Part shown: piece after piece, positions 1 to 14,287 of the stretch
Layout: each line of letters begins with the position of its first letter
Position numbering within the stretch: the stretch's first letter is position 1
Assembly (NCBI RefSeq): GCF_057098645.1
Contig: NZ_CM169472.1
Strand: one strand, 5' to 3'
Length of the DNA: 64,000 nt
The notes under the pieces: model-generated
The model's input: the letters and a program-made list of their open reading frames with translations, nothing else
Told to the model about the DNA's origin: nothing
Database searches by the model: none
Translations under genes and position numbers: made by a program

Positions 1-1123
1 GCAGAGGCTCATCCGCCAGCGAACCTTCCAGCGCCACACCATTGCGCTTTAGCCCCACCACATTCAGTCCGTAGCGGGTACGAAAACCAATTTCGCGCAT
101 CGATTTACCAATCAGTTCTGACTCAGGAATTAATGAAATCTCTGCCATGCCCACATCAAGGGCCTGGTCAGAAAAATACTCGCCGCGCAGTACCATCGGC
201 TCCAGCAATTGCTCACTACAAAATTGCCGGAGATCGACATCAGCCGCAGACATATCAATAAGCAAAACGTCACGCGCGCGAAATTCAGAAACCCCATTAA
301 CGTTCACGATAACGCGACGAAAACGCCGCCAGCGTTCAACACCGATGACGTTAGCGCCATAACGCTCACGTAATTTGAGATCGTCCAGCCGTTGACCAAT
401 CATTGGCGATCCGGGGCGAATAGCCAGACGTCGCGCACGCCCGGTCAGTCGATATTCACGGATAAGATCGCGAAAGGTTCGACGCGTCCAGCCTTCGCGC
501 TGCGGGGTCTGGGTATCCCCTTTCAGCATGAAACGCATCACTAACATATACAAAATACCCAGCACCAGCACGACCAGGCCAATAGGTGTTACGCTAAAGA
601 AACTGAAGCCGTGATAGCCTTCACGCAGCAATTCACTGTTGACTACCAGGTTCGGCGGCGTCGCCACCAGCGTCATCATGCCGCTAATCAGCCCGGCAAA
701 ACTTAACGGCATCATCAGACGTGACGGCGACGTTTGCATACGCATGGCAACGCTTAACACCACGGGAATAAAGATAGCGACAACGCCGGTTGAACTCATA
801 AACGCGCCAAGCCCCGCGACGGTCAGCATCAACAAAACCAACATTTTGATTTCACTGTTGCCCGCAACTTTGACCAGCCATGTTCCCATTACGGTGGCAA
901 CACCGGTACGGACCAAACCATCGCCAATAATAAACAAGGCGGCAATCAGGACAACGTTAGGATCAGAAAAGCCGGAAAATACTTCTGGGACTGTCAGCGT
1001 TCCGCTTAATGCAAACGCGACAATAACAAACAAAGCGACCGCATCCATACGCACTCTGCCCGTCGCAAACAAGACGATGGCAACGGCCAGTAATGAAAGA
1101 ACCCAAATCAATTCACCGTTCAC
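1..1123 (-). CDS. yfbS: Putative transporter YfbS, N-terminal part (C-terminus lies beyond the window start); GTG start at 1123
   Basis: Reverse-strand translation from 1123 reads [22 protein letters not shown], a membrane-protein N-terminus; position matches K-12 synteny upstream of yfbT. ORF track omits it because it is truncated. Confidence 0.75.
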   Translation of the reverse strand, partial: MNGELIWVLSLLAVAIVLFATGRVRMDAVALFVIVAFALSGTLTVPEVFSGFSDPNVVLIAALFIIGDGLVRTGVATVMGTWLVKVAGNSEIKMLVLLMLTVAGLGAFMSSTGVVAIFIPVVLSVAMRMQTSPSRLMMPLSFAGLISGMMTLVATPPNLVVNSELLREGYHGFSFFSVTPIGLVVLVLGILYMLVMRFMLKGDTQTPQREGWTRRTFRDLIREYRLTGRARRLAIRPGSPMIGQRLDDLKLRERYGANVIGVERWRRFRRVIVNVNGVSEFRARDVLLIDMSAADVDLRQFCSEQLLEPMVLRGEYFSDQALDVGMAEISLIPESELIGKSMREIGFRTRYGLNVVGLKRNGVALEGSLADEPL

Positions 1124-1209
1124 AACTTATCCTTGTTAATTGAGGGGGATGACTTGATTCTGCCATAAAAAAGCCCCGACGAGACGGGGCTAAATCATGA
1201 TCAGGTGTT

Positions 1210-1860
1210 TCACTGAATAATAACATCGCCATTTGGCTGTTTGGTCACAGTAATTTGCTCCAGACTGTGGAGGACCAAATCGACCTCATTCAGGCGCGGG
1301 GTATCTGCCGGAGCGTTAACCGCAATGACATGGCAACCCGCCGCCAGGCCAGAAAGCACGCCAGCGGGAGCATCTTCCACCACCACACACTCTTGCGGCG
1401 CAAGCCCCAGCAGCTGCGCGCCTAGCAGATACGCATCAGGTTCTGGTTTTCCGCGCTTCACTCGCTCAGCGGTTACAAACACCTCTGGCGCGGGAAGCCC
1501 CGCTATTTTATGGCGCGCTCGCGCTACCGGCATGGAGCCAGAAGTCACAATGGCCCACGGAATACCTGCTTTATTCAAATGATTGAGTAAGGCGATTGCC
1601 CCCGGAAGCGCGGTAATACCTTCGGTTTCCGTGGCCTCGATTTGCTCCAGACGCGTAAACTCGGCGGCAATATCAGCCTCGGATTTGCCCGCCATAAAAT
1701 GGCGCAGAGAGGTGATCGCCTGTTTACCGTGAATGAAAGCCAGCACCTCTTCCGGCGCTAACCCATGACGTCTGGCCCAGTTGCTCCACGCCCGTTCTAC
1801 CGCAGGCAGGGAATCCACCAGCGTTCCATCAAGATCAAACAGAAAACCTTTGCACCGCAC
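1210..1860 (-). CDS. hxpA: HAD-family sugar phosphatase (hexitol phosphatase A)
   Basis: 216 aa ORF with the HAD motif FDLDGTLVDS near the N-terminus; synteny with yfbT. Confidence 0.9.
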   Translation of the reverse strand: MRCKGFLFDLDGTLVDSLPAVERAWSNWARRHGLAPEEVLAFIHGKQAITSLRHFMAGKSEADIAAEFTRLEQIEATETEGITALPGAIALLNHLNKAGIPWAIVTSGSMPVARARHKIAGLPAPEVFVTAERVKRGKPEPDAYLLGAQLLGLAPQECVVVEDAPAGVLSGLAAGCHVIAVNAPADTPRLNEVDLVLHSLEQITVTKQPNGDVIIQ

Positions 1861-1870
1861 GCGGGCCTCC

Positions 1871-2443
<573 letters not shown>

Positions 2444-2447
2444 TCAA

Positions 2448-2903
2448 TTACAAATCATCAAGGAAAGTTTTATCCAGTTGTTTGAAGGCGCGCTTAAGCG
2501 TGTCAGCTAATGCCTGGTAATCAGGCTTGCCTTCAACGGGTGCCAACACCTGTCCAGACTCCTGCAATTTACCGCGAACTTCATAAAACCAGTTGAGGAT
2601 AGCAGGGGGTAATGGCGTGACAGAACGCTTGCCCAGCCACCACAATCCCTGCATGGGTAAACTTAAGGCGAACAGCGCAGTGGCAACTGCCGGCCCAAGC
2701 TGACCGCCCAGGGCAATCTGCCAGCAGAGAGTAAATACGGCGATCGGCGGCATAAAACGGATCGCATAACGCGTCATCTTGATAACGCGATTTTCGACAA
2801 AGACCGGGGCAAGGCGTTTTTCCAGCGGCCACGTCTTTGAGTAATGCTGTCCCCGGCGAAACAAGCTAAAAAAATTAACAGAACGATTATCCGGCGTTGA
2901 CAT
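2448..2903 (-). CDS. yfbV: Inner membrane protein YfbV (UPF0208)
   Basis: 151 aa ORF with hydrophobic segments; divergent from ackA as in K-12. Confidence 0.85.
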
Positions 2904-3240
2904 GCTTCACCTCAACTTCACATATAAAGATTCAAAAATTTGTGCAAATTCACAACTCAGCGGGACAACGTTCAAAACATTTTGTCTTCCATACCCACTA
3001 TCAGGTATCCTTTAGCAGCCTGAAGGCCTAAGTAGTACATATTCATTGAGTCGTCAAATTCATATACATTATGCCATTGGCTGAAAATTACGCAAAATGG
3101 CATAGACTCAAGATATTTCTTCCATCATGCAAAAAAAATTTGCAGTGCATGATGTTAATCATAAATGTCGGTGTCATCATGCGCTACGCTCTATGGCTCC
3201 CTGACGTTTTTTTAGCCACGTATCAATTATAGGTACTTCC

Positions 3241-4443
3241 ATGTCGAGTAAGTTAGTACTGGTTCTGAACTGCGGTAGTTCTTCACTGAAATTTGCCATC
3301 ATCGATGCAGTAAATGGTGAAGAGTACCTTTCTGGTTTAGCCGAATGTTTCCACCTGCCCGAAGCACGTATCAAATGGAAAATGGACGGCAATAAACAGG
3401 AAGCGGCTTTAGGTGCAGGCGCCGCTCACAGCGAAGCGCTCAACTTTATCGTTAATACTATTCTGGCACAAAAACCAGAACTGTCTGCGCAGCTGACTGC
3501 TATCGGTCACCGTATCGTACACGGCGGCGAAAAGTATACCAGCTCCGTAGTGATCGATGAGTCTGTTATTCAGGGTATCAAAGATGCAGCTTCTTTTGCA
3601 CCGCTGCACAACCCGGCTCACCTGATCGGTATCGAAGAAGCTCTGAAATCTTTCCCACAGCTGAAAGACAAAAACGTTGCTGTATTTGACACCGCGTTCC
3701 ACCAGACTATGCCGGAAGAGTCTTACCTCTACGCCCTGCCGTACAACCTGTACAAAGAGCACGGCATCCGTCGTTACGGCGCGCACGGCACCAGCCACTT
3801 CTATGTAACCCAGGAAGCGGCAAAAATGCTGAACAAACCGGTAGAAGAACTGAACATCATCACCTGCCACCTGGGCAACGGTGGTTCCGTTTCTGCTATC
3901 CGCAACGGTAAATGCGTTGACACCTCTATGGGCCTGACCCCGCTGGAAGGTCTGGTCATGGGTACCCGTTCTGGTGATATCGATCCGGCGATCATCTTCC
4001 ACCTGCACGACACCCTGGGCATGAGCGTTGACGCAATCAACAAACTGCTGACCAAAGAGTCTGGCCTGCTGGGTCTGACCGAAGTGACCAGCGACTGCCG
4101 CTATGTTGAAGACAACTACGCGACGAAAGAAGACGCGAAGCGCGCAATGGACGTTTACTGCCACCGCCTGGCGAAATACATCGGTGCCTACACTGCGCTG
4201 ATGGATGGTCGTCTGGACGCTGTTGTATTCACCGGTGGTATCGGTGAAAATGCCGCGATGGTTCGTGAACTGTCTCTGGGCAAACTGGGCGTGCTGGGCT
4301 TTGAAGTTGATCATGAACGCAACCTGGCTGCACGTTTCGGCAAATCTGGTTTCATCAACAAAGAAGGTACCCGTCCTGCGGTGGTTATCCCAACCAACGA
4401 AGAACTGGTTATCGCGCAAGACGCGAGCCGCCTGACTGCCTGA
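3241..4443 (+). CDS. ackA: Acetate kinase
   Basis: 400 aa; N-terminus [22 protein letters not shown] is the acetate kinase signature; followed by pta. Confidence 0.98.
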   Translation: MSSKLVLVLNCGSSSLKFAIIDAVNGEEYLSGLAECFHLPEARIKWKMDGNKQEAALGAGAAHSEALNFIVNTILAQKPELSAQLTAIGHRIVHGGEKYTSSVVIDESVIQGIKDAASFAPLHNPAHLIGIEEALKSFPQLKDKNVAVFDTAFHQTMPEESYLYALPYNLYKEHGIRRYGAHGTSHFYVTQEAAKMLNKPVEELNIITCHLGNGGSVSAIRNGKCVDTSMGLTPLEGLVMGTRSGDIDPAIIFHLHDTLGMSVDAINKLLTKESGLLGLTEVTSDCRYVEDNYATKEDAKRAMDVYCHRLAKYIGAYTALMDGRLDAVVFTGGIGENAAMVRELSLGKLGVLGFEVDHERNLAARFGKSGFINKEGTRPAVVIPTNEELVIAQDASRLTA

Positions 4444-4517
4444 TTTCACACCGCCAGCTCAGCTGGCGGTGCTGTTTTGTAACCCGCCAAATCGGCGGTA
4501 ACGAAAGAGGATAAACC

Positions 4518-6662
4518 GTGTCCCGTATTATTATGCTGATCCCTACCGGAACCAGCGTCGGTCTGACCAGCGTCAGCCTTGGCGTGATCCGTGCAATGGA
4601 ACGCAAAGGCGTTCGTCTGAGCGTTTTCAAACCTATCGCTCAGCCGCGTACCGGTGGCGATGCGCCCGATCAGACTACGACTATCGTGCGTGCGAACTCT
4701 TCCACCACGACGGCCGCTGAACCGCTGAAAATGAGCTACGTTGAAGGTCTGCTTTCCAGCAATCAGAAAGATGTGCTGATGGAAGAGATCGTCGCAAACT
4801 ACCACGCTAACACCAAAGACGCTGAAGTCGTTCTGGTTGAAGGTCTGGTCCCGACACGTAAGCACCAGTTTGCCCAGTCTCTGAACTACGAAATCGCTAA
4901 AACGCTGAATGCGGAAATCGTCTTCGTTATGTCTCAGGGCACTGACACCCCGGAACAGCTGAAAGAGCGTATCGAACTGACCCGCAACAGCTTCGGCGGT
5001 GCCAAAAACACCAACATCACCGGCGTTATCGTTAACAAACTGAACGCACCGGTTGATGAACAGGGTCGTACTCGCCCGGATCTGTCCGAGATTTTCGACG
5101 ACTCTTCCAAAGCTAAAGTAAACAATGTTGATCCGGCGAAGCTGCAAGAATCCAGCCCGCTGCCGGTTCTCGGCGCTGTGCCGTGGAGCTTTGACCTGAT
5201 CGCGACTCGTGCGATCGATATGGCTCGCCACCTGAATGCGACCATCATCAACGAAGGCGACATCAATACTCGCCGCGTTAAATCCGTCACTTTCTGCGCA
5301 CGCAGCATTCCGCACATGCTGGAGCACTTCCGTGCCGGTTCTCTGCTGGTGACTTCCGCAGACCGTCCTGACGTGCTGGTTGCCGCTTGCCTGGCTGCCA
5401 TGAACGGCGTAGAAATCGGTGCCCTGCTGCTGACTGGCGGCTACGAAATGGACGCGCGCATTTCTAAACTGTGCGAACGTGCTTTCGCTACCGGCCTGCC
5501 GGTATTTATGGTGAACACCAACACCTGGCAGACTTCTCTGAGCCTGCAGAGCTTCAACCTGGAAGTTCCAGTTGACGATCACGAGCGTATCGAGAAAGTT
5601 CAGGAATACGTTGCTAACTACATCAACGCTGACTGGATCGATTCTCTGACTGCCACTTCTGAGCGCAGCCGTCGTCTGTCTCCGCCAGCGTTCCGTTATC
5701 AGCTGACTGAACTTGCGCGCAAAGCGGGCAAACGTATCGTACTGCCGGAAGGTGACGAACCGCGTACCGTTAAAGCAGCCGCTATCTGTGCTGAACGTGG
5801 TATCGCAACTTGCGTACTGCTGGGTAATCCGGCAGAGATCAACCGTGTTGCAGCGTCTCAGGGTGTAGAACTGGGTGCAGGCATTGAAATCGTTGATCCA
5901 GAAGTGGTTCGCGAAAGCTATGTTGGTCGTCTGGTCGAGCTGCGTAAGAACAAAGGCATGACCGAAACCGTTGCCCGCGAACAGCTGGAAGACAACGTGG
6001 TGCTCGGTACACTGATGCTGGAACAGGATGAAGTTGATGGTCTGGTTTCCGGTGCTGTTCACACTACCGCAAACACCATCCGTCCGCCGCTGCAGCTGAT
6101 CAAAACTGCACCGGGCAGCTCCCTGGTATCTTCCGTGTTCTTCATGCTGCTGCCGGAACAGGTTTACGTTTACGGTGACTGTGCGATCAACCCGGATCCG
6201 ACCGCAGAACAGCTGGCAGAAATCGCGATTCAGTCCGCTGATTCCGCTGCAGCCTTCGGTATCGAACCGCGCGTTGCTATGCTCTCCTACTCCACCGGTA
6301 CTTCTGGTGCAGGTAGCGACGTAGAAAAAGTTCGCGAAGCAACTCGTCTGGCGCAGGAAAAACGTCCTGACCTGATGATCGACGGTCCGCTGCAGTACGA
6401 CGCTGCGGTAATGGCTGACGTTGCGAAATCTAAAGCGCCGAACTCTCCGGTTGCAGGTCGCGCTACCGTGTTCATCTTCCCGGATCTGAACACCGGTAAC
6501 ACCACCTACAAAGCGGTACAGCGTTCTGCCGACCTGATCTCCATCGGGCCGATGCTGCAGGGTATGCGCAAGCCGGTTAACGACCTGTCCCGTGGCGCAC
6601 TGGTTGACGATATCGTCTACACCATCGCGCTGACTGCGATTCAGTCTGCACAGCAGCAGTAA
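4518..6662 (+). CDS. pta: Phosphate acetyltransferase
   Basis: 714 aa, GTG start, N-terminus [22 protein letters not shown]; classic ackA-pta operon. Confidence 0.98.
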   Translation: MSRIIMLIPTGTSVGLTSVSLGVIRAMERKGVRLSVFKPIAQPRTGGDAPDQTTTIVRANSSTTTAAEPLKMSYVEGLLSSNQKDVLMEEIVANYHANTKDAEVVLVEGLVPTRKHQFAQSLNYEIAKTLNAEIVFVMSQGTDTPEQLKERIELTRNSFGGAKNTNITGVIVNKLNAPVDEQGRTRPDLSEIFDDSSKAKVNNVDPAKLQESSPLPVLGAVPWSFDLIATRAIDMARHLNATIINEGDINTRRVKSVTFCARSIPHMLEHFRAGSLLVTSADRPDVLVAACLAAMNGVEIGALLLTGGYEMDARISKLCERAFATGLPVFMVNTNTWQTSLSLQSFNLEVPVDDHERIEKVQEYVANYINADWIDSLTATSERSRRLSPPAFRYQLTELARKAGKRIVLPEGDEPRTVKAAAICAERGIATCVLLGNPAEINRVAASQGVELGAGIEIVDPEVVRESYVGRLVELRKNKGMTETVAREQLEDNVVLGTLMLEQDEVDGLVSGAVHTTANTIRPPLQLIKTAPGSSLVSSVFFMLLPEQVYVYGDCAINPDPTAEQLAEIAIQSADSAAAFGIEPRVAMLSYSTGTSGAGSDVEKVREATRLAQEKRPDLMIDGPLQYDAAVMADVAKSKAPNSPVAGRATVFIFPDLNTGNTTYKAVQRSADLISIGPMLQGMRKPVNDLSRGALVDDIVYTIALTAIQSAQQQ

Positions 6663-6702
6663 TCTCGTCATCATCCGCAGCTTTGCGCTGCGGATATCTG
6701 AA

Positions 6703-6734
6703 CCGGAAATAGTCACTATTTCCGGTTTTTTATT
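6703..6734 (+). terminator. Rho-independent terminator of ackA-pta
   Basis: Hairpin ccggaaatagtcactatttccgg followed by ttttttatt immediately after the pta stop. Confidence 0.7.
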
Positions 6735-6851
6735 CTCTTAATTTGCATTAATCCTTTCTGATTATCTTGCTTAACTGCGCTGCATCAATGAATTGCGCCA
6801 TCTCACTTTGCATACTTACCACTTTGTTTTGTGCAAGGGAATATTTGCGCT

Positions 6852-8372
6852 ATGTCCGCAATCACTGAATCCAAACCAACAAGAAGATGGGCAATGCCCG
6901 ATACGTTGGTGATTATCTTTTTTGTTGCTATTTTAACCAGCCTTGCCACCTGGGTAGTTCCGGTGGGGATGTTTGACAGTCAGGAAGTGCAGTATCAGGT
7001 TGATGGTCAAACAAAAACACGCAAAGTCGTAGATCCACACTCATTTCGCATTCTGACTAACGAAGCAGGCGAACCTGAGTATCACCGCGTACAGCTGTTC
7101 ACGACGGGCGATGAACGCCCGGGCCTGATGAACTTCCCGTTTGAAGGGTTAACCTCAGGATCGAAATACGGGACAGCCGTTGGCATCATCATGTTTATGC
7201 TGGTGATTGGCGGCGCGTTTGGCATTGTGATGCGTACAGGAACCATTGATAACGGTATCCTGGCGCTTATTCGCCATACCCGCGGGAATGAAATTCTCTT
7301 TATTCCTGCGCTGTTTATTCTGTTTTCACTTGGCGGCGCGGTATTTGGTATGGGAGAAGAGGCCGTCGCCTTTGCCATTATCATCGCACCGCTAATGGTC
7401 CGGCTGGGCTATGACAGTATTACCACCGTCCTGGTGACCTATATTGCCACGCAAATCGGTTTTGCCAGTTCGTGGATGAACCCGTTTTGTGTGGTCGTTG
7501 CTCAGGGGATTGCCGGCGTTCCGGTGCTTTCTGGCTCCGGGTTGCGCATCGTGGTGTGGGTTATCGCCACTCTGATTGGCCTGATCTTTACCATGGTCTA
7601 CGCCTCACGAGTGAAAAAGAATCCTCTTCTGTCACGCGTGCATGAGTCCGACCGCTTCTTTCGTGAAAAGCAGGCGGATGTTGAACAACGTCCGTTTACC
7701 TTTGGTGACTGGCTGGTATTGATTGTCCTGACCGCCGTAATGGTCTGGGTGATTTGGGGCGTGATCGTTAATGCCTGGTTTATTCCAGAAATTGCCAGCC
7801 AGTTCTTCACCATGGGTCTGGTGATTGGCATCATCGGCGTTGTTTTCCGCCTTAACGGCATGACGGTTAATACCATGGCTTCATCCTTTACCGAAGGGGC
7901 GCGAATGATGATCGCCCCTGCCCTGCTGGTGGGTTTCGCCAAAGGGATTTTGCTGCTGGTTGGTAATGGTGAAGCAGGTGATGCCAGCGTGTTAAATACT
8001 ATCCTCAACAGCATTGCCAATGCCATTAGCGGTCTGGACAACGCGGTCGCGGCCTGGTTTATGTTGCTCTTCCAGGCGGTATTTAATTTCTTCGTGACGT
8101 CCGGTTCTGGTCAGGCGGCGTTAACCATGCCGTTACTGGCACCGCTTGGCGATCTGGTCGGTGTTAACCGTCAGGTTACCGTGCTGGCGTTCCAGTTTGG
8201 TGATGGCTTCAGTCACATCATTTACCCAACCTCAGCTTCGTTAATGGCAACGCTCGGTGTGTGCAGGGTGGACTTCCGTAACTGGCTGAAGGTGGGCGCG
8301 ACCCTACTTGGACTGCTGTTTATTATGTCCAGCGTCGTAGTGATCGGCGCTCAGTTGATGGGCTACCACTAA
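6852..8372 (+). CDS. yfcC: Putative inner membrane transporter YfcC (C4-dicarboxylate anaerobic carrier-like)
   Basis: Multi-pass membrane protein; ORF track starts at 6831 but MSAITESKPTRRW at 6852 is the likely start. Confidence 0.85.
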   Translation: MSAITESKPTRRWAMPDTLVIIFFVAILTSLATWVVPVGMFDSQEVQYQVDGQTKTRKVVDPHSFRILTNEAGEPEYHRVQLFTTGDERPGLMNFPFEGLTSGSKYGTAVGIIMFMLVIGGAFGIVMRTGTIDNGILALIRHTRGNEILFIPALFILFSLGGAVFGMGEEAVAFAIIIAPLMVRLGYDSITTVLVTYIATQIGFASSWMNPFCVVVAQGIAGVPVLSGSGLRIVVWVIATLIGLIFTMVYASRVKKNPLLSRVHESDRFFREKQADVEQRPFTFGDWLVLIVLTAVMVWVIWGVIVNAWFIPEIASQFFTMGLVIGIIGVVFRLNGMTVNTMASSFTEGARMMIAPALLVGFAKGILLLVGNGEAGDASVLNTILNSIANAISGLDNAVAAWFMLLFQAVFNFFVTSGSGQAALTMPLLAPLGDLVGVNRQVTVLAFQFGDGFSHIIYPTSASLMATLGVCRVDFRNWLKVGATLLGLLFIMSSVVVIGAQLMGYH

Positions 8373-8380
8373 AAATGTTA

Positions 8381-8406
8381 AGAGCCGCAATTGCGGCTCT
8401 TTTTTC
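8381..8406. terminator. Bidirectional hairpin terminator between yfcC and yfcD
   Basis: agagccgcaattgcggctct followed by ttttt on the + strand and preceded by an A-run. Confidence 0.6.
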
Positions 8407-8947
8407 ATTCTGCCGTTTCAGTCTCTACGGCTTCATTTTTGGCATTGCGCGTCATCCACAACGCTAGCGCTTTCAGCGAGTCTGGAGTGAACTCATCGCA
8501 GCGTGCGGTGATTTCTTCCGGCGTCAGCCAGCAAACTTCACTGACTTCATCTTCCTGTAGGGCGAAGGGACCGTGAGAGACGCAGCTGAACAATGCGCCC
8601 CAGACACGGCAATTTTTATCTTCGAAATAGAACTGCCCGTGCTCGGCAAAGGGGACACCGGCAATGCCCAACTCTTCTTCCGCTTCGCGACGCGCGGATT
8701 CCAGCAGTTGCTCATCGGCCTGGACTACACCGCCTGCGGTCGCATCTAACATGCCGGGTAAAAAGTCTTTTGTCTCGGTACGACGCTGGACCAGAATTTT
8801 GCCCATGCCATCATGCACGACGATGTAAGTTGCACGATGACGCAGACACTGTGCCCGCATTTGTTCCCGGCTGGCTTGTGCAATGACTTCGTTCTCTTCA
8901 TTGACAATATCCACCCATTCAGTACTTGCCAAACGACGCTGTTCCAT
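8405..8947 (-). CDS. yfcD: NUDIX hydrolase YfcD
   Basis: 180 aa; Nudix box region [24 protein letters not shown]. Confidence 0.9.
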   Translation of the reverse strand: MEQRRLASTEWVDIVNEENEVIAQASREQMRAQCLRHRATYIVVHDGMGKILVQRRTETKDFLPGMLDATAGGVVQADEQLLESARREAEEELGIAGVPFAEHGQFYFEDKNCRVWGALFSCVSHGPFALQEDEVSEVCWLTPEEITARCDEFTPDSLKALALWMTRNAKNEAVETETAE

Positions 8948-9004
8948 TATCAGGAAACCTTCTTTTTCTGGCGCTCTTACGGCGCATTTTGAGTTGTGGG
9001 TAAA

Positions 9005-9559
9005 TTACGGATTAATCGCGACCTGCGCAATGATACTTTGATCATTGAGTGCGATTACACTGAGTACGTCATTATCGAGCATGCCATAACTCGCCGGATT
9101 ACCGCCTTTCGGAATACTCACCGAGCCGGGGTTGAAGTGGAAAATCTCCCCCCGCTGTTCTGCCACTGGCAGATGGGTATGGCCGTACACCAGCACATCG
9201 TTCTGGTTTAAAGCAGGCAGATTTTCTGGGCCAAAAAGATGACCATGCGTCAAAAACAGACGTTGTTTTTCCAGTAATACCTGTTGCCACGGCGCGGTTA
9301 TCGGGAAATGCAGCAGCATTTGATCCACTTCGCTGTCGCAGTTGCCGCGCACAGCGATAACCTTATGTGCCACTTCATTAAGCCGTTCAGCGACTTTGGC
9401 TGGCGCATAACCCTCCGGTAAAGCATTACGCGGGCCGTGATTCAACACGTCGCCAAGGATCACCAGCCACTGGGCACCGCTTTGGGCAAACAACTCCAGA
9501 ACACGTTCCGTCGCCGGTAACGACCCATGAATGTCCGATGCAAACATCAGTTTCATCAC
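9005..9559 (-). CDS. yfcE: Metallophosphoesterase / phosphodiesterase YfcE
   Basis: 184 aa; calcineurin-like motifs ASDIHG, GDVLNHG, GNCD, GHTH. Confidence 0.9.
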   Translation of the reverse strand: MMKLMFASDIHGSLPATERVLELFAQSGAQWLVILGDVLNHGPRNALPEGYAPAKVAERLNEVAHKVIAVRGNCDSEVDQMLLHFPITAPWQQVLLEKQRLFLTHGHLFGPENLPALNQNDVLVYGHTHLPVAEQRGEIFHFNPGSVSIPKGGNPASYGMLDNDVLSVIALNDQSIIAQVAINP

Positions 9560-9562
9560 TCA

Positions 9563-11039
<1,477 letters not shown>

Positions 11040-11095
11040 CAGAAACAGGTTCTCGTGTATTATTTCATCCTAAGTAAAACAACGGAGAACCTGCA

Positions 11096-11458
11096 ATGGC
11101 ACAACCTGCCGCTATTATTCGTATAAAGAACCTTCGTTTACGTACGTTTATCGGAATTAAGGAAGAAGAAATTAACAACCGTCAGGATATTGTTATCAAT
11201 GTGACGATCCACTACCCCGCCGATAAAGCGCGCACCAGCGAAGATATCAACGATGCGCTGAATTATCGCACCGTAACGAAAAACATTATTCAGCATGTAG
11301 AGAATAACCGTTTCTCTTTGCTGGAAAAATTAACTCAGGATGTGCTCGATATCGCACGTGAACATCACTGGGTGACGTATGCTGAAGTGGAGATCGATAA
11401 ACTGCACGCGCTGCGCTACGCCGATTCGGTATCCATGACCTTAAGCTGGCAGCGTTAA
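11096..11458 (+). CDS. folX: Dihydroneopterin triphosphate 2'-epimerase
   Basis: 120 aa; [25 protein letters not shown]; FolB/FolX fold family. Confidence 0.92.
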
Positions 11459-11478
11459 CCGCCATATCGGGAGGCTGC

Positions 11479-12372
11479 ATGAACATAGTGATCACCGGAG
11501 GGACGGGATTAATTGGTCGCCATTTGATTCCACGTTTGCAGGAGCTGGGCCATCAAATCACGGTAATGACGCGTAACCCGCAGAAAGCCAGTTCCGTTCT
11601 CGGCCCTCGGGTGACACTATGGCAAGGGCTTGCCGATCAAAGCAACCTCAACGGCGTTGATGCGGTAATCAACCTGGCCGGAGAACCGATTGCTGATAAA
11701 CGCTGGACTCACGAGCAAAAAGAGCGTCTCTGCCAAAGCCGCTGGAATATCACGCAAAAACTGGTCGATTTGATTAATGCCAGCGACACGCCACCGTCGG
11801 TACTCATTTCCGGCTCAGCAACGGGCTATTATGGCGACTTAGGTGAAGTGGTGGTTACCGAAGAGGAACCGCCGCATAACGAATTTACCCATAAACTCTG
11901 CGCCCGCTGGGAAGAAATTGCCTGCCGGGCGCAAAGTGACAAAACGCGAGTGTGCCTGCTGCGTACCGGTGTAGTGCTGGCACCGGATGGCGGTATTCTC
12001 GGTAAAATGCTGCCGCCGTTTCGTCTTGGCCTGGGCGGGCCGATTGGTTCCGGTCGGCAGTATCTGGCCTGGATTCATATCGATGATATGGTCAACGGCA
12101 TTCTCTGGCTGCTGGATAACGAGCTGCGCGGGCCATTTAATATGGTTTCGCCCTACCCGGTACGCAATGAACAATTTGCCCATGCGCTCGGTCATGCGCT
12201 GCATCGCCCGGCCATTTTGCGCGTCCCCGCGACCGCCATTCGACTGTTAATGGGCGAATCTTCAGTACTGGTATTAGGTGGACAACGCGCGCTGCCTAAA
12301 CGGCTGGAAGAAGCGGGTTTTGCGTTTCGCTGGTACGATTTAGAAGAGGCGCTGGCGGATGTCGTTCGCTGA
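11479..12372 (+). CDS. yfcH: Epimerase-family NAD-binding protein YfcH
   Basis: 297 aa; Rossmann motif [12 protein letters not shown] at N-terminus. Confidence 0.9.
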   Translation: MNIVITGGTGLIGRHLIPRLQELGHQITVMTRNPQKASSVLGPRVTLWQGLADQSNLNGVDAVINLAGEPIADKRWTHEQKERLCQSRWNITQKLVDLINASDTPPSVLISGSATGYYGDLGEVVVTEEEPPHNEFTHKLCARWEEIACRAQSDKTRVCLLRTGVVLAPDGGILGKMLPPFRLGLGGPIGSGRQYLAWIHIDDMVNGILWLLDNELRGPFNMVSPYPVRNEQFAHALGHALHRPAILRVPATAIRLLMGESSVLVLGGQRALPKRLEEAGFAFRWYDLEEALADVVR

Positions 12373-12419
12373 TGTGGTTTACAGCAAACATCCGCCAGTT
12401 AACTCCCGGTGTTACAGGA

Positions 12420-13310
12420 TTAGTGGCTTTGCGCGATAAGATCGTCTGGTGAAAGTCGGGTCAGCGTCAGGATGACTTCGTGGTCAAATCCTTTTTCCAG
12501 CATCTCCTGAGCAATACGCAGAGCTTCTTCGTGTTTGCCCTGCATTGCGCCTTCTTCACGTAATCTGTCAGCAATGGTCATCAGTTTCTCCTTTTCCTGT
12601 GGTGCGCGTTCTGCTATCTCACCAATAAATGCACGGAAACGCTGGGCATCTCCCGTTTGTAATACATAATTAAACAGGGCTTTTAGCTGTCTGTCATTAG
12701 TGTTCCCTGTAACTAGCAGCGAAACAATTTGGTCGACTAATCCCAACAGATCGCGCTGACGAATATGTTTCTGAATTAACTCCAACAGCGCCATTTTGCG
12801 ATGTTGCATAATCTCGTCATCCGGCACCACGGTAATATCCACCAACGGAAAAGCCGATGAATATATTTTACGGGCAATCGCAGGCTCGGCAAATTCATCA
12901 AGCCAGCAGAGTGAATAAGGATAAGGACTTCTGCAACCATGATAAAACAGCATCGGGATCACCAATGGAAGCTCTTTATAGCCCGCATCAAGATGGTTTT
13001 GCATTGCCGCAATGGAATAACGCATCATGCGAAAAGCCATTAATTCTTCCGGCTTACTTTGGTGCTCTATCACTACATAAATATAACCCACTCCCTCCTG
13101 CGTTTTCACAGACCACAAGAGGTCGGAATAATATTGCCGCAGGTCTTCATCTATAAAACTGTTTGGTTCCAGTTTAAGCGTCGTTAAATCACACAGTTTG
13201 CGCAGCGGCGCGGGAAGATGAATATCAATAAAATCCCGCGCGGTGTCTGGATGGCGTAAAAAAGATTTAAATACCGCATCATGCGGCGTGGAAGTTGTCG
13301 ATATTGTCAT
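12420..13310 (-). CDS. rpnB: Recombination-promoting nuclease RpnB (YfcI; PD-(D/E)XK, transposase_31 family)
   Basis: 296 aa; N-terminus [33 protein letters not shown] typical of the Rpn/YhgA-like family. Confidence 0.85.
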   Translation of the reverse strand: MTISTTSTPHDAVFKSFLRHPDTARDFIDIHLPAPLRKLCDLTTLKLEPNSFIDEDLRQYYSDLLWSVKTQEGVGYIYVVIEHQSKPEELMAFRMMRYSIAAMQNHLDAGYKELPLVIPMLFYHGCRSPYPYSLCWLDEFAEPAIARKIYSSAFPLVDITVVPDDEIMQHRKMALLELIQKHIRQRDLLGLVDQIVSLLVTGNTNDRQLKALFNYVLQTGDAQRFRAFIGEIAERAPQEKEKLMTIADRLREEGAMQGKHEEALRIAQEMLEKGFDHEVILTLTRLSPDDLIAQSH

Positions 13311-13506
13311 GGCGTTCCGTCACCCCTCAAATTTAAGATGACGCGACAATAACCACGATTAACACCCAATGCAGCAGGCAGTTTTTATCTTTGGACAGCG
13401 AATTCAGAAGTATTTTTAGCGGACTGCAACTTTTACATTTCAGCGGAAGCTGACTCGCAAATTCCCCTTGAAAATACTCCGGCAGCGTTAGCCACCGGAG
13501 AGGCAA

Positions 13507-14280
13507 TTATTTCAGCGAACCTTTAAGGAACTGTTGCAGACGAGGGCTTTGCGGGTTGCCAAATAACTGCTCCGGCGCGCCTTCTTCCTCTATTTTCCCC
13601 TGATGGAGGAAAATGACGTGAGTAGAAACATGACGAGCAAAGCCCATTTCGTGAGTCACTACCACCATGGTTTTCCCCTCTTCTGCCAGTTGCTGCATAA
13701 TGCGCAACACTTCGCCTACAAGTTCAGGATCGAGCGCCGAGGTAGGTTCATCAAACAGTAAAACTTCCGGTTCCATCGCCAGCGCCCGCGCGATAGAAAC
13801 ACGCTGTTGCTGACCGCCGGAAAGATGCACCGGATATTTCCCCTGTGCACGTTCGTCTATCCCGACTTTTGCCAGATACTTCACCGCCCGCTCGCGCGCT
13901 TCATGCTTGCTCAGGCCCAACACCTGAATCGGCGCTTCCATGACGTTTTCCAGCACCGTCATATGGCTCCAGAGATTGAAGTGCTGGAATACCATCGTCA
14001 GGCGTGTGCGCAGTAAGCGCAGTTGATTTTTATCGGCGACTTTGAGTTGACCGTCTTTGTCGCGCACCAGATTGATCGTCTGGCCATTGACCACGATCGA
14101 CCCTTCACTCGGTTTTTCGAGGAAGTTAATGCAGCGCAGAAAGGTACTTTTCCCCGATCCCGACGATCCGATGATGCTTATTACATCTCCGGCATTCGCT
14201 TGCAGTGACACCCCTTTCAGCACTTCGTGTTCGCCATAGCGTTTGTGCAAATCGATAACGTTTAATTTATTCTCGGACAT
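13507..14280 (-). CDS. hisP: Histidine/lysine/arginine/ornithine ABC transporter ATP-binding protein
   Basis: 257 aa; Walker [13 protein letters not shown] signature LSGGQQQR. Confidence 0.97.
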   Translation of the reverse strand: MSENKLNVIDLHKRYGEHEVLKGVSLQANAGDVISIIGSSGSGKSTFLRCINFLEKPSEGSIVVNGQTINLVRDKDGQLKVADKNQLRLLRTRLTMVFQHFNLWSHMTVLENVMEAPIQVLGLSKHEARERAVKYLAKVGIDERAQGKYPVHLSGGQQQRVSIARALAMEPEVLLFDEPTSALDPELVGEVLRIMQQLAEEGKTMVVVTHEMGFARHVSTHVIFLHQGKIEEEGAPEQLFGNPQSPRLQQFLKGSLK

Positions 14281-14287
14281 CGTATTC

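Noticed and set aside
639-1139. 166-aa + strand ORF at the window start and other short ORFs in the first 1.1 kb.
   Set aside because: They lie antisense to the yfbS coding region, which reads convincingly on the reverse strand from its GTG start at 1123.
4446-6716. 756-aa reverse-strand ORF covering the whole of pta, plus similar long antisense ORFs opposite ackA (3409-4449), purF (18752-19522), dedD (21019-21612), fabB (30232-31467), accD (23061-23726), aroC (36476-37069) and the usher gene.
   Set aside because: These are antisense shadows of well-supported genes; their translations are Arg/Val/Gly-rich with no protein-like motifs, while the sense strands encode recognisable enzymes.
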